Positions 49,141-58,469 of a stretch of 64,000 bases of DNA are shown here, one piece after another. This DNA comes from a virus. The first letter of the stretch is position 1, and each line of letters starts with the position of its first letter. The notes below the pieces were generated by a model that saw only the letters and a list, made by a program, of their open reading frames with translations, was not told where the DNA came from and ran no database searches. A program made the position numbers and the translations under genes. The stretch is taken from positions 1 through 64,000 of the IMG/VR virus record IMGVR_UViG_3300033153_009650; one strand, given 5' to 3'.

Positions 49141-49503
49141 TCAATTTTTCGGCCGCAGTCGGAACAAATCAATTCCTCTGTCATTTTTTTCTCCTCCTTC
49201 TCTTAGGTCAAGAGTCATGGTACCATGGCCCTGGTCAATAAATCCCACACGACTATACACTCGTCTGCGTGTAGGCCCCCTGCCGTCCTCGCATGTGGGC
49301 TCGCACCAGAGGAAAGTCACCTTCCGCGAGGCGCACCACGTGAGGATACACTCCCACACGTGGCGGAGCTCGTTGAGATTACCGCGCCCGCGCCCTGACA
49401 CAGCAGCAGAGCCACTGGTCATAGGTTTAGACAGCTCCACCTCACCCGTGGCATCAACATATGCCTCGATGTGGGTGGTCCGCAATCTTAACACTTTTTT
49501 CAC
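49141..49503 (-). CDS. Hypothetical protein (GC-rich segment)
   Basis: GTG start after AAGGAG; possible GNAT-like end (RRVYSRVGF). Confidence 0.4.
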   Translation of the reverse strand: MKKVLRLRTTHIEAYVDATGEVELSKPMTSGSAAVSGRGRGNLNELRHVWECILTWCASRKVTFLWCEPTCEDGRGPTRRRVYSRVGFIDQGHGTMTLDLREGGEKNDRGIDLFRLRPKN

Positions 49504-49903
49504 TTTCTCTTCTCCTTTTGTTTGGGGTTATCGTTTAACCTCTCAGTATACCCGCTAGTCTCGATTGATTCCCTTATTATCAATGGATTAAAACCTTTTT
49601 ACTATTCTTTGAAAAGATCTCTCTTTGCCATCCTCGCATAAAAGAATATAAGCAGGATTTCTATACGGCCCATTTACTGTTACATAACAACGAACAAGAA
49701 TTCCTGTTAATCCATTTGAACTACTGCCTTCTCGACAGCCAATGTATTCTTCTCCAATGATATGTTTTCTTGGAGTCATTGAAGCGTGATTGCTTTTCAT
49801 TGTGAATCTCATTTTCTCTCTCCTTGTATTAAAGGGTTAATTAAAGAGGCCAATTGCCAAAAGGAAAATGTTCTAATCTTTGTAGTTAATAAATTAAAAT
49901 TTC

Positions 49904-50191
49904 TTATAACTTTTCCGCTGGAACCTCTGCCAATTTAGCAATTCGAGTGATCAAATTAAGGTTCTGTTCTTCAGGATTTTCTCCGTCTTTTCTTATCCAA
50001 TGGAGAATTTGTATCATGCCATATAAAATTTCTTTTCTCTGTCTTTGTTCTTTATTTCTTCTTTCTATCTCTCCATTGGCATTTATTACTCGACCTAACA
50101 TCCTTTCAATTTCTTTTTCTGTTCTCATTTTCTCCTCCTTTTGTTCTGATTTTGTTTCTACTTCTTTTTCCCATTCCTTTATTGTTGTCAT
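49904..50191 (-). CDS. Hypothetical protein, first ORF of the early transcript
   Basis: ORF track; internal AAGGAGGAG RBS before MRTEKE. Confidence 0.5.
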   Translation of the reverse strand: MTTIKEWEKEVETKSEQKEEKMRTEKEIERMLGRVINANGEIERRNKEQRQRKEILYGMIQILHWIRKDGENPEEQNLNLITRIAKLAEVPAEKL

Positions 50192-50329
50192 TTCTCATTC
50201 TTCTTGTATTAAAGGGTTAATAATTTTGGTTCCTATTAAAAACCACAACCAATCAGGTATCCAAATAAATTAGTTGTGGTTTCTATAAAAATCAAAATCA
50301 TCAATTCTCGATGAAAAATTAGTTGGCTA

Positions 50330-50930
50330 TCTAATTTTTTTTTAGCTGTCTTGAACTATTCCCTGAGGGAATTTTCTAAAGGCTCGGCTGTTCTGGTCTC
50401 TTCTATCATGACAGAGACAATGGCATTTAACATGACCATTTCAGCTATGAGTTATACATGACCAAGTTCCTCTTGATCGGAGTCCAATTCGTTTATGGTC
50501 AATTGGGAACCCGTGGCGATGAGGTAGAAAAATAGATGATTAAATTTTTAGAGTGGTATGTTGGAAGGTTTGTGGAAGGTTTGTTATTTTGCAATTTTGT
50601 TTTTCATTGAGTAAAGGGAGTCTGCAAATCTTCCTCAGTTTCAAATTTATTTTCCTTTATGGAAATTTCCGTCTAAACTGTAAAACGGGCAATTTTTTAT
50701 CTGGGGTTGCAACCCATTTTTGAAAAAATCCAGCCATCAAAATTTAGGAAAAAATATTGAGAGATTTTTTTTCTTAATTTCCGAGTTTCGAATTTTTTAT
50801 CTTGAATTCCGGCAGCCGGTTCATCCTTTCGGTCAAGATCCCTTTCGGGCTTTTTTCATTTCCTTGGTTAAGACGGAAATCCTGGATTTGTTTTGATCAC
50901 CTCCTTTTGTATAATTTATAATGCTCATGC
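50330..50930 (-). ncRNA. Candidate large structured leader/ncRNA
   Basis: No ORF >=60 aa. Several GNRA-capped hairpins and a 10-bp long-range inverted repeat. Lies directly downstream of a consensus promoter. Confidence 0.4.
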
Positions 50931-50935
50931 TGAAC

Positions 50936-50964
50936 ATTATAATCCATCAAAACAAAGAAATCAA
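50936..50964 (-). promoter_or_regulatory. Strong sigma70-type early promoter
   Basis: Minus strand TTGATT-17 nt-TATAAT. Confidence 0.75.
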
Positions 50965-50988
50965 GTTTTTCAAGAAAAAAAAGACTAA

Positions 50989-51098
50989 TGATATCAATAG
51001 GTTATATAGGGTCAAATCCTGATTATTTAATGATATCAATGGGTTAGTCATGATTTGCATTTTTCTTAAAAAAAATATGCCCTGATATCAATGGGTTA
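50989..51098 (+). promoter_or_regulatory. Three 16-bp direct repeats matching the IHF consensus WATCAANNNNTTR
   Basis: TGATATCAAT(A/G)GGTTA at 50989, 51031 and 51083. Confidence 0.7.
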
Positions 51099-51197
51099 AC
51101 ATTTTTCTTGGAATTTTTTACACTGAAATCCATTTTTTTCTTTATTTTTCCCTATTTTTCCTTTACTATTATATAAATAAAAATTGAGGATTTATAA

Positions 51198-52046
51198 ATG
51201 GCAAAAGGATGGAGTAAGCAATATTCTTGTTGTATGAATTGTGCGAAAGATAAGATCCCTCATAAAGCAGATGGATTATGTCGAGAATGCTATGCTAAAA
51301 GAAAGAAGGGAAAAGAAATTTCAGAAGAGACTTGGAAATATTATACTTTTTGTTCAAATTGTAAAACCACTAAAACCCCACATAAGGCAAAAGGATTATG
51401 TAGAAGATGCTATGATGATTGGTTTGAGAGAATAAATAGGCCTAAAAGATGGCATTGTGTTGAATGTGGTTTGACCACAAATCCTCGTGGATCACATGGA
51501 TTATGTATAAACTGTTATAGTATATGGAGAGGAAAACAACCTGCTCTTTATGACACCTATGCTCATCAAATTAATTGTTGTGAAGAGACAAGGAGAGATC
51601 CTGACAACTCTAAATATCTCCAAGTCAGATGTACGGAAAGTGATTGCAGAAAATGGTTTACTCCTATCATCCGTGAAGCCGCAAGTAGATTAGCTGCTAT
51701 AAATTCAGTAGGAGGAGGCAATAATTTTTATTGTTCAGAAGAATGCAAACATAATTGTTCACTATATGGTAGAAGTAAATATCGTAAAGGAGAAGGTCCG
51801 GATAATTCAAGACCCGATCAAGCTGAATGGGTAAAGCTGGTTTTAGAAAGAGATGATTATACTTGTCAAAGATGTGGAGCTACTGAAAATTTAGAAGCTC
51901 ATCATTTGGAAGGTATATATCAAAATCCTTTAATGTCGGCCGATGTTGATACGGGTATTACTTTATGTGATGTATGTCATAAATCAGTGCATGCAGAAAT
52001 GGGATGCCGATATGTAGATTTAACAAGACGAAGCTTGTGTGTGTAG
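51198..52046 (+). CDS. HNH endonuclease with N-terminal repeated Zn fingers
   Basis: Three CxxC...GLCxxCY modules; VLERDDYTCQRCG...LEAHH...GITLCDVCHKSVH; upstream of terS. Confidence 0.85.
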   Translation: MAKGWSKQYSCCMNCAKDKIPHKADGLCRECYAKRKKGKEISEETWKYYTFCSNCKTTKTPHKAKGLCRRCYDDWFERINRPKRWHCVECGLTTNPRGSHGLCINCYSIWRGKQPALYDTYAHQINCCEETRRDPDNSKYLQVRCTESDCRKWFTPIIREAASRLAAINSVGGGNNFYCSEECKHNCSLYGRSKYRKGEGPDNSRPDQAEWVKLVLERDDYTCQRCGATENLEAHHLEGIYQNPLMSADVDTGITLCDVCHKSVHAEMGCRYVDLTRRSLCV

Positions 52047-52058
52047 AGAGAATATAAA

Positions 52059-52823
52059 ATGGAATATAGAAGAAGAAAAAATGGTAATGGGAAAAATAAT
52101 AAAAGGAATTCAAGTACAGGTCTTCAAGTAGGTACAATGGCTACCCCTGGAAGGACTGTCCGCAATGGGGGCCTTACTGAAATGCAAGAATTATTTTGTC
52201 GCGAGTTTATTGTTGATATGAATATTTCCCAAGCAGGAGTAAGAGCTGGTTATTCTGAAAAGGTAAAAGGAGTTGCTGGATGGCAAGTTTTCCAATTAAA
52301 AAAGGTTAGGCGGCGTATTAATGAATTGATGAAAGATCGATTAGATAAACTTAATAAACGGTTTAAAGATTTAGATCTGACCGCTGAAAGGCTTCTTTTA
52401 GAATTAGCATCCATTTCCTTTTTTAATGTACAGGATCTTTATGAGGATGATGGAACATTGAAGCCTATTAGCGAATGGACAGAAAGACAAGCGGCTGCAA
52501 TAGCAAGTATTAAAACAACAGAATTATTTGATGGTCAGGGAGAAGATAGGCGTCAAATAGGAGTATTAAAAGAAATAAAAACCCATCCTAAAGTAGAAGC
52601 CATTAAACTTGGAATGAAATATTTTGGATTGCTTCATGAATATCTTCATGTTAAAGAGGAGAAAATCAAAACTCACAGAATAGAAATTGATGTAAAATCA
52701 GAGCAGATCAGATCTTTAAATTTAGGGAGGGAAGAACTTGAACAGTTTGCCTCTTTCCTTAGTCAGCTCAACCCAGGGACAACAATACCTGGAATTGGAA
52801 GCAGTGAACAAGATTCTGGCTGA
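52059..52823 (+). CDS. Terminase small subunit
   Basis: LTEMQELFCREFIVDMNISQAGVRAGYS...KVEAIKLGMKYFG. Confidence 0.88.
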   Translation: MEYRRRKNGNGKNNKRNSSTGLQVGTMATPGRTVRNGGLTEMQELFCREFIVDMNISQAGVRAGYSEKVKGVAGWQVFQLKKVRRRINELMKDRLDKLNKRFKDLDLTAERLLLELASISFFNVQDLYEDDGTLKPISEWTERQAAAIASIKTTELFDGQGEDRRQIGVLKEIKTHPKVEAIKLGMKYFGLLHEYLHVKEEKIKTHRIEIDVKSEQIRSLNLGREELEQFASFLSQLNPGTTIPGIGSSEQDSG

Positions 52824-54198
52824 GGATTATTTAAATCATTTTATAAAACAAGCCTGGCATATAGTGGAGCCAAAGAACGACCTTATATGGGGTTGGCATT
52901 TGGATGCTATTTGTGAGCATTTAATGGCTGTCACTAATCATCAAATACAAAACCTTATAATCAATATTCCTCCAAGACATACCAAATCAATATCAGCCTC
53001 AGTAATGTGGCCAGCATGGGAATGGACAAAACGTCCTGAAACCAGATGGCTTTATTCTTCATACGCTGAAGCTCTGTCAATACGGGATTCCAGAAAATGT
53101 AGAAATGTAATCCAATCAAATTGGTATCAACAAAGATGGGGGGATAAGTTTGAAATAGTAACAGATCAGAATCAGAAAGTAAGATTTGATAATGATAAAA
53201 CAGGATATAGAATAGCAACATCGGTAGGAGGGGTAGGAACAGGGGAGGGAGGGAGTCGTATTGTAAGTGATGATCCCCATAATATTAAGGAAGCCGAATC
53301 GGAGGCTGTGAGAGGAGGAACGATTTTATGGTGGGACGAATCAATGAGTACAAGGCTTGATAATCCCAAAACAGGATCAAAAGTAATTATAATGCAAAGA
53401 ACCCATGAAGCTGATTTGTCGGGTCATGTATTAGAGAAGGAAATAGGATATGTTCATCTTTGTTTGCCTGCCAGGTATGAATTGGAAAGGAAGAAATTAT
53501 TTACTAAAACCCCTTTGTCGTTCAAAGATCCTCGGACAAAAGAGGGAGAGCCTTTATGTCCAGAGCGGTATGGAGAAAAGGAATTAGAGAAACTTGAAAA
53601 GGAATTAGGAACGTATGCAACGGCGGGTCAACTCCAACAAAGACCTCATCCTCGGGGCGGCGGTTTATTTGAAGTCGCTAACTTTGTTTTGGTTCATGCT
53701 CTTCCCCCGGCTATTAGTTCTGTCCGGTATTGGGATAAGGCGGGAACAGAAGGTGGAGGAGCAAGAACAGCAGGTGTTCTTTTTCTTAAATTTGCCGATG
53801 GAACATTTGGAGTATCTGATGTAGTGAAAGGGCAATGGGCGGCTCCTAAAAGAGAAAGGGTGATTAAACAGACGGCTGAGTTAGATGGCCCTAATGTTGT
53901 CATTTGGGTTGAGCAAGAACCGGGATCGGGGGGGAAAGAATCGGCGGAGAGTACTGTTCTTAATTTAGCGGGTTTTAAAATACATACAGAAAGGGCGACA
54001 GGAGCAAAAGAAGTAAGGGCGGAACCTTATGCTGTTCAAGTAGAAGCTGGTAATGTGAAAGTGTTGATTGCTGACTGGACAAAGGATTTTATTAATGAAC
54101 ATGAGAAAGCCCCTACAGGCAAATTTAAAGATCAGTGGGATGCGGCAGCTGGAGCTTTTAATAAATTGGTTAGAACTAAAAAGGCGGGAACGTGGTAA
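52738..54198 (+). CDS. Terminase large subunit
   Basis: INIPPRHTKS, DDPHN, MQRTHE, YWDKA, EQEPG, DQWDA; true start may be slightly downstream. Confidence 0.92.
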   Translation: MNSLPLSLVSSTQGQQYLELEAVNKILAEDYLNHFIKQAWHIVEPKNDLIWGWHLDAICEHLMAVTNHQIQNLIINIPPRHTKSISASVMWPAWEWTKRPETRWLYSSYAEALSIRDSRKCRNVIQSNWYQQRWGDKFEIVTDQNQKVRFDNDKTGYRIATSVGGVGTGEGGSRIVSDDPHNIKEAESEAVRGGTILWWDESMSTRLDNPKTGSKVIIMQRTHEADLSGHVLEKEIGYVHLCLPARYELERKKLFTKTPLSFKDPRTKEGEPLCPERYGEKELEKLEKELGTYATAGQLQQRPHPRGGGLFEVANFVLVHALPPAISSVRYWDKAGTEGGGARTAGVLFLKFADGTFGVSDVVKGQWAAPKRERVIKQTAELDGPNVVIWVEQEPGSGGKESAESTVLNLAGFKIHTERATGAKEVRAEPYAVQVEAGNVKVLIADWTKDFINEHEKAPTGKFKDQWDAAAGAFNKLVRTKKAGTW

Positions 54199-54199
54199 C

Positions 54200-54418
54200 A
54201 TGAATAAATATCCAAAATTAAAGAAGTCTTGCTTAATTCAGTTACACCATCAGTTTAGAGATGGTAGCACAAAAATATGCGCTCAAAGAGAGATAGAGGA
54301 TTATAACCAGATGGGAGTATTTCTTGATGAAACAAAAGCGAGTCATCCATTACCTGCGAACGCTCAATGGTTGGCTTGTACTATAGAATCGAAACATTTT
54401 GTAATGGTTCCCACTTAG
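54200..54418 (+). CDS. Hypothetical protein
   Basis: ATG directly after the terL stop. Confidence 0.5.
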   Translation: MNKYPKLKKSCLIQLHHQFRDGSTKICAQREIEDYNQMGVFLDETKASHPLPANAQWLACTIESKHFVMVPT

Positions 54419-54427
54419 GAGGGGCTT

Positions 54428-55801
54428 ATGGTCGCCAAAATTACAAGTATAAAAGAAGGAACAGATGATGGAGGATGGAGCTTCAGGTCATTGGCTTCCG
54501 CTCTTGTAGAAAGAGCAAAGTATGCATCCCAGTTGGGAATGTCTTTTGGTTCAAATCGAGATCTTTATGAAGCTCTTGGCTATGTCAAATCTCCAACATT
54601 TGATCATTATAATGCAAGATATCAGAGACAGGATATTGCAAAACGTATTGTAGAAGCTTATCCTGATGCTTGTTGGAAAAAGAAACCTGTCATATCAGAA
54701 AAGACGGATGAGGAAACGCCTTTCGATAAAGAATGGATTACCCTTGTCAAGGATTTTAAGGTATGGCATTATCTTTTAAGGGCAGACAGAATCAGTGGTA
54801 TAGGGGAGTATGGAGTTTTGTTGATGGGGTTTAAAGACGGAAAGAAATTGATAGAACCGGTTGATACAGCAACAGAGCTTCTTTATTTAATTCCTTATAC
54901 ACAGGAGAATGCTATTATTAAAACTTGGGTAGGAGATAAGCAAGATATAAGATATGGTTTGCCGGAGACCTATGTTATTAAAATGAAACAGTCGGGAAGT
55001 ACTGCTGGGACAAAGGATATTCCTGTTCATAATAGTAGGGTTATTCATATTGCAGAAGGGTTGACTAATGATGATGTTCATGGAACACCAAGACTAAAAT
55101 CTGTTTTAAATAGATTGCAAGATTTGGAGTTGATAGCAGGGGGTTCGGCTGAAATGTTTTGGAGGGGGGCATTTCCCGGATACGGATTAAAAGCGGATTC
55201 AGATGCTACTTTTGGGCCACAGGAGAAAGCTGATCTTGAAGATGAGATTCAAAACTATATGCATAATCTTCAACGATACATAAGATTGCAGGGTATTACT
55301 ATCGAATCATTAACACAACAAGTAGCTGATCCAAGTAAGCATTTTCAGATTTTGATTAGTTTGATTGCAGGCGGGAAAGCCATACCCCAAAGAATCTTAT
55401 TGGGTTCGGAAAGAGGAAATCTTGCAAGCACCCAGGATGAAACTGCTTGGAATAGTAGGGTTGCAGAAAGGAGGGAAGATTTCTGTGAGCCTATGATACT
55501 AAGGCCCTTCGTTGATAAAATGATTGAGGTTAAAGTTCTTACAGCTCCAAAGGAAGAATATACTGTGGAGTGGCCAGATGTTTCAGCTCCAACAGAAAAG
55601 GACAGGGCTGAAGTAATTAAATTGAAGATGGATGCATTAGAGAAGTATATTACTTCTGGGGCGGATGCATATATGCCATTTGAAATGTTCTTAAGAAAGT
55701 TTATGGATTTTACTGCTGAAGATATAGAACAGGTTGAGGAGTCGTTTGAAGGTCAAGAGGAAGAAATCGATGAAGAGGAATTGGAAGAGGAAGAAGAGTA
55801 A
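54428..55801 (+). CDS. Portal protein (DUF1073-type)
   Basis: IAKRIVEAYPD, VHNSRVIH, IPQRILLG; follows terL. Confidence 0.85.
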   Translation: MVAKITSIKEGTDDGGWSFRSLASALVERAKYASQLGMSFGSNRDLYEALGYVKSPTFDHYNARYQRQDIAKRIVEAYPDACWKKKPVISEKTDEETPFDKEWITLVKDFKVWHYLLRADRISGIGEYGVLLMGFKDGKKLIEPVDTATELLYLIPYTQENAIIKTWVGDKQDIRYGLPETYVIKMKQSGSTAGTKDIPVHNSRVIHIAEGLTNDDVHGTPRLKSVLNRLQDLELIAGGSAEMFWRGAFPGYGLKADSDATFGPQEKADLEDEIQNYMHNLQRYIRLQGITIESLTQQVADPSKHFQILISLIAGGKAIPQRILLGSERGNLASTQDETAWNSRVAERREDFCEPMILRPFVDKMIEVKVLTAPKEEYTVEWPDVSAPTEKDRAEVIKLKMDALEKYITSGADAYMPFEMFLRKFMDFTAEDIEQVEESFEGQEEEIDEEELEEEEE

Positions 55802-56050
55802 TAAATGGAAATGTGTAAAAGTTTAATTTACAATTTTTTGCATCCAAAGCCAAGGCTGATTTGTATTTGTAATAATTTCAGATGGACGGGTGAAGAAGAT
55901 AAGGAAAATGATAAGAAACTAACTTTAGGCGAACTTCTTAATTGTGTTGGGGCTTCTCTCCATGCCCGTTGTTCTGATATAGTTTGAAGAAAGAAATTGG
56001 GAGTTTTCAATGACAGATTTATTTTTTGCAGTTGAGGAGGTAAAGGACTA

Positions 56051-56662
56051 ATGAATATTGAAATAAGAGCTGGAGATCTATTCTGTACTCGTTGTCCTGC
56101 CTCGTTAGGTAGAGCAATCAATACTGTTCAAGCAATAGTGTCAAGGGATGGTAAGAGTTATTATTCCCATGCAGGTATTCTTATTGATCATAAGGGAACT
56201 ACCTTTGAAGCTATTGGCTGGAGGATTAAAAGACAAAACCTGTTTGAAGCTTATGCGGGTCAGGAAGTTTTAATTGCTCGATGGCAAGGTATGACGCAGA
56301 TAATATTTGATCGGGTCTTTGAAACATTGCGAAAGGATGAAGGCAAGATATATCCGGGCTGGAGGCTACCTTTAAATATTGTTCCCTTTATTGGTAAGTA
56401 TACATCCTTTGGCAAACGATTCTTGGTATGCAGCGAGGAGGTTGGTAAATTTCTTTATCTGGTATTTCAAGATTATGGTTTTGTTAGCAGAGGTGGTTAT
56501 TGCTGGCCTCGCCATAAATGGTATACCGGAACCAGCCCGGATACTTTGGCCGATGAATGGCATCGGTGGAAGCAATTTCGGATTGTATTTGAAGATAGGT
56601 TGCCAACTATTATAAGAGGTATAGGGGGAAATATTTTAAAGCGTTGTGTGGATGAAAAATGA
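56051..56662 (+). CDS. Permuted papain-like (NlpC/P60, YiiX-type) amidase
   Basis: GDLF, YSHAGI (His before Cys), LVCSEEV, SPDTL. Confidence 0.7.
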   Translation: MNIEIRAGDLFCTRCPASLGRAINTVQAIVSRDGKSYYSHAGILIDHKGTTFEAIGWRIKRQNLFEAYAGQEVLIARWQGMTQIIFDRVFETLRKDEGKIYPGWRLPLNIVPFIGKYTSFGKRFLVCSEEVGKFLYLVFQDYGFVSRGGYCWPRHKWYTGTSPDTLADEWHRWKQFRIVFEDRLPTIIRGIGGNILKRCVDEK

Positions 56663-57208
56663 ATCTTGACGAAATTAGTTATGATGAAAGGTCAGATGTA
56701 ACCAAGGCAAGGTGGGAGATTATGGAAAATATGCAAGAGGCCAATCCTCACTTCTGGTTTGGATGGGATGGCATTATAGTAATTGTCTGTTGGGTTTGAA
56801 GGGAAAATAAGTAATGTCTGAAGAAGTAACTTCTGATATTTTAAAGGATGTTCTTGCAATGAAGAAACAGATAATGGAGAGGGGCGATTATGATATACCT
56901 CAATATGTTATCCAACACATAATTGATCAGGGAGCAGCAGGATTATATGATGAGGAGGAATAACCAATGGCAAAATTAAATGCTGTTTTTGGTGTTGATC
57001 TGTTTCTAACTGATACAAGGGTAAGAACTTGTATAAATGCAGATTGTAGATTTCATACTACTAATGAATTTACATATGCAACCGAGTCAGGAGATTCCAA
57101 AGAGAAAAATGGTTGTACCCTGAAACGAATTGAAATTGGTGGAGATGGAAAGTGTGATAAATTCGAATCAATAGAGGCATAACCAAAATTCGATAGGAGA
57201 GATAATCA

Positions 57209-57424
57209 ATGCCAATCGACAAATTTGATGCGGCAAGAACAACATTTGGTAAGGAAAAGGTAGACAACTTCTTGGCAGCGTTTGGCCTTGGGCCAAAGTA
57301 TGTACCTAAAGAACCTAAGAAGTATAAGAGTAATGTTTACTATGAGGTTGATATTTCTTTCTCTTTAAATCAAACACCTGAAGAAAAAAGAAGCTCCGAT
57401 TGCAAAACCATTATAGAGGAGTAA
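57209..57424 (+). CDS. Small hypothetical protein carrying a 15-aa segment shared with the phage helicase
   Basis: AGGAG RBS; EVDISFSLNQTPEEK. Confidence 0.55.
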   Translation: MPIDKFDAARTTFGKEKVDNFLAAFGLGPKYVPKEPKKYKSNVYYEVDISFSLNQTPEEKRSSDCKTIIEE

Positions 57425-57428
57425 TCTA

Positions 57429-57860
57429 ATGAAGAAAAATTTTTGCACAGATAAAGGTATTAATGTAAAGGTTAACCAAGATTTGGAAATACCAAAAACA
57501 TTGGATAATGCAAATGATTATCGAAAGTTTGTTAAATCTCTTGCGGGCGAGGTCGTGCCTATTCCTGGTAAAAGTATTTTTTCTTTTGAGGCATTAGGAA
57601 TAAAGGCAGGTCCTTTCCCTCAGAGTGTGATCATTTATAATGTAAAAACAGGAGAAGAGCTTCCTGGCGTTTATTCTGTTGATATTAACCTTTGCCTTGA
57701 TGATATAGCAACAGCCAAAGTTGAGATGCATGTTTCTAAAGTTAAGATGGAAGGTGTTTGTCTGGAACAAGTGAGATTTTTTGAAATTTTAACAGGTAAG
57801 AAATATAAGTTGGTAGAGGTAAGTAATGGCAGAAAAACCAGAAAAGATATCTCGATATGA
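57429..57860 (+). CDS. Hypothetical protein
   Basis: GAGGAG RBS, 143 aa. Confidence 0.5.
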   Translation: MKKNFCTDKGINVKVNQDLEIPKTLDNANDYRKFVKSLAGEVVPIPGKSIFSFEALGIKAGPFPQSVIIYNVKTGEELPGVYSVDINLCLDDIATAKVEMHVSKVKMEGVCLEQVRFFEILTGKKYKLVEVSNGRKTRKDISI

Positions 57861-57980
57861 ATGGTCGATATATTATAAACGCTTCCTGAAGAAAATTACT
57901 AAGAGAAGAAGGAGAAGAATTGGGAAGTTTTTATTAGATGAAACTCCAATTAAAAACGAATATTGTGGATGGAGTGTTTA

Positions 57981-58469
57981 ATGGAAGTTGATCAAGCAAT
58001 ATCGATTGCACGAAGTTTGAGTAATAGGTTTTATCATACTCATAATATGATTCCTCATCTGGAGCAGGAGGATTATACACAAGATTGTCTTGTAGCTTGG
58101 TTAAGATATAAGAATATGAATTTTGCTTGTATAGATACTTTCCGAGATCATGCTCCCCTGAGTAGAAAGTATGCAAGAGAGGGAAAGCCTGTTCCTATTC
58201 ATATTAATAGAGAAATTTTAGATTATGATAGTTACTCAGAAGTGGAAGGAAATCTTGATTTATATTTTATTCAGAGGGCAATGAGAAAGCTACCTGATAG
58301 GATATATCAGGTATTGGATATGTATTATTTCCAACATATGTCTTTGTTGGAAATAGGTTTATTAATGGGATTTACTGAAAGTCGAGCATTGCAAATCAAG
58401 GCTGAAGGAATTAAAATATTGAAAAGGAAACTTAATGGGAATGGTTGCAAGACAACAATTAGTCACTGA
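57981..58469 (+). CDS. Phage RNA polymerase sigma factor (sigma70 family, FliA-like region 4)
   Basis: LPDRIYQVLDMYYFQHMSLLEIGLLMGFTESRALQIKAEGIKILK; region-2-like EQEDYTQD. Confidence 0.75.
   Translation: MEVDQAISIARSLSNRFYHTHNMIPHLEQEDYTQDCLVAWLRYKNMNFACIDTFRDHAPLSRKYAREGKPVPIHINREILDYDSYSEVEGNLDLYFIQRAMRKLPDRIYQVLDMYYFQHMSLLEIGLLMGFTESRALQIKAEGIKILKRKLNGNGCKTTISH

Noticed and set aside
49823-50221. 19-bp repeat CTTGTATTAAAGGGTTAAT (49823, 50203) as att or operator sites
   Set aside because: Both copies abut ribosome-binding regions and similar TAACC(C/A)TTTAAT leaders precede other genes; most simply a shared translation leader.
51198-52046. HNH protein as TasH or Cas-like effector
   Set aside because: Only Zn-finger repeats plus HNH; position before terS fits a packaging or homing role.
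54428-55801. Anti-CBASS Acb1 (label often attached to DUF1073 proteins)
   Set aside because: Size and position after terL indicate a portal; no 2H-phosphoesterase HxT motif pair seen.
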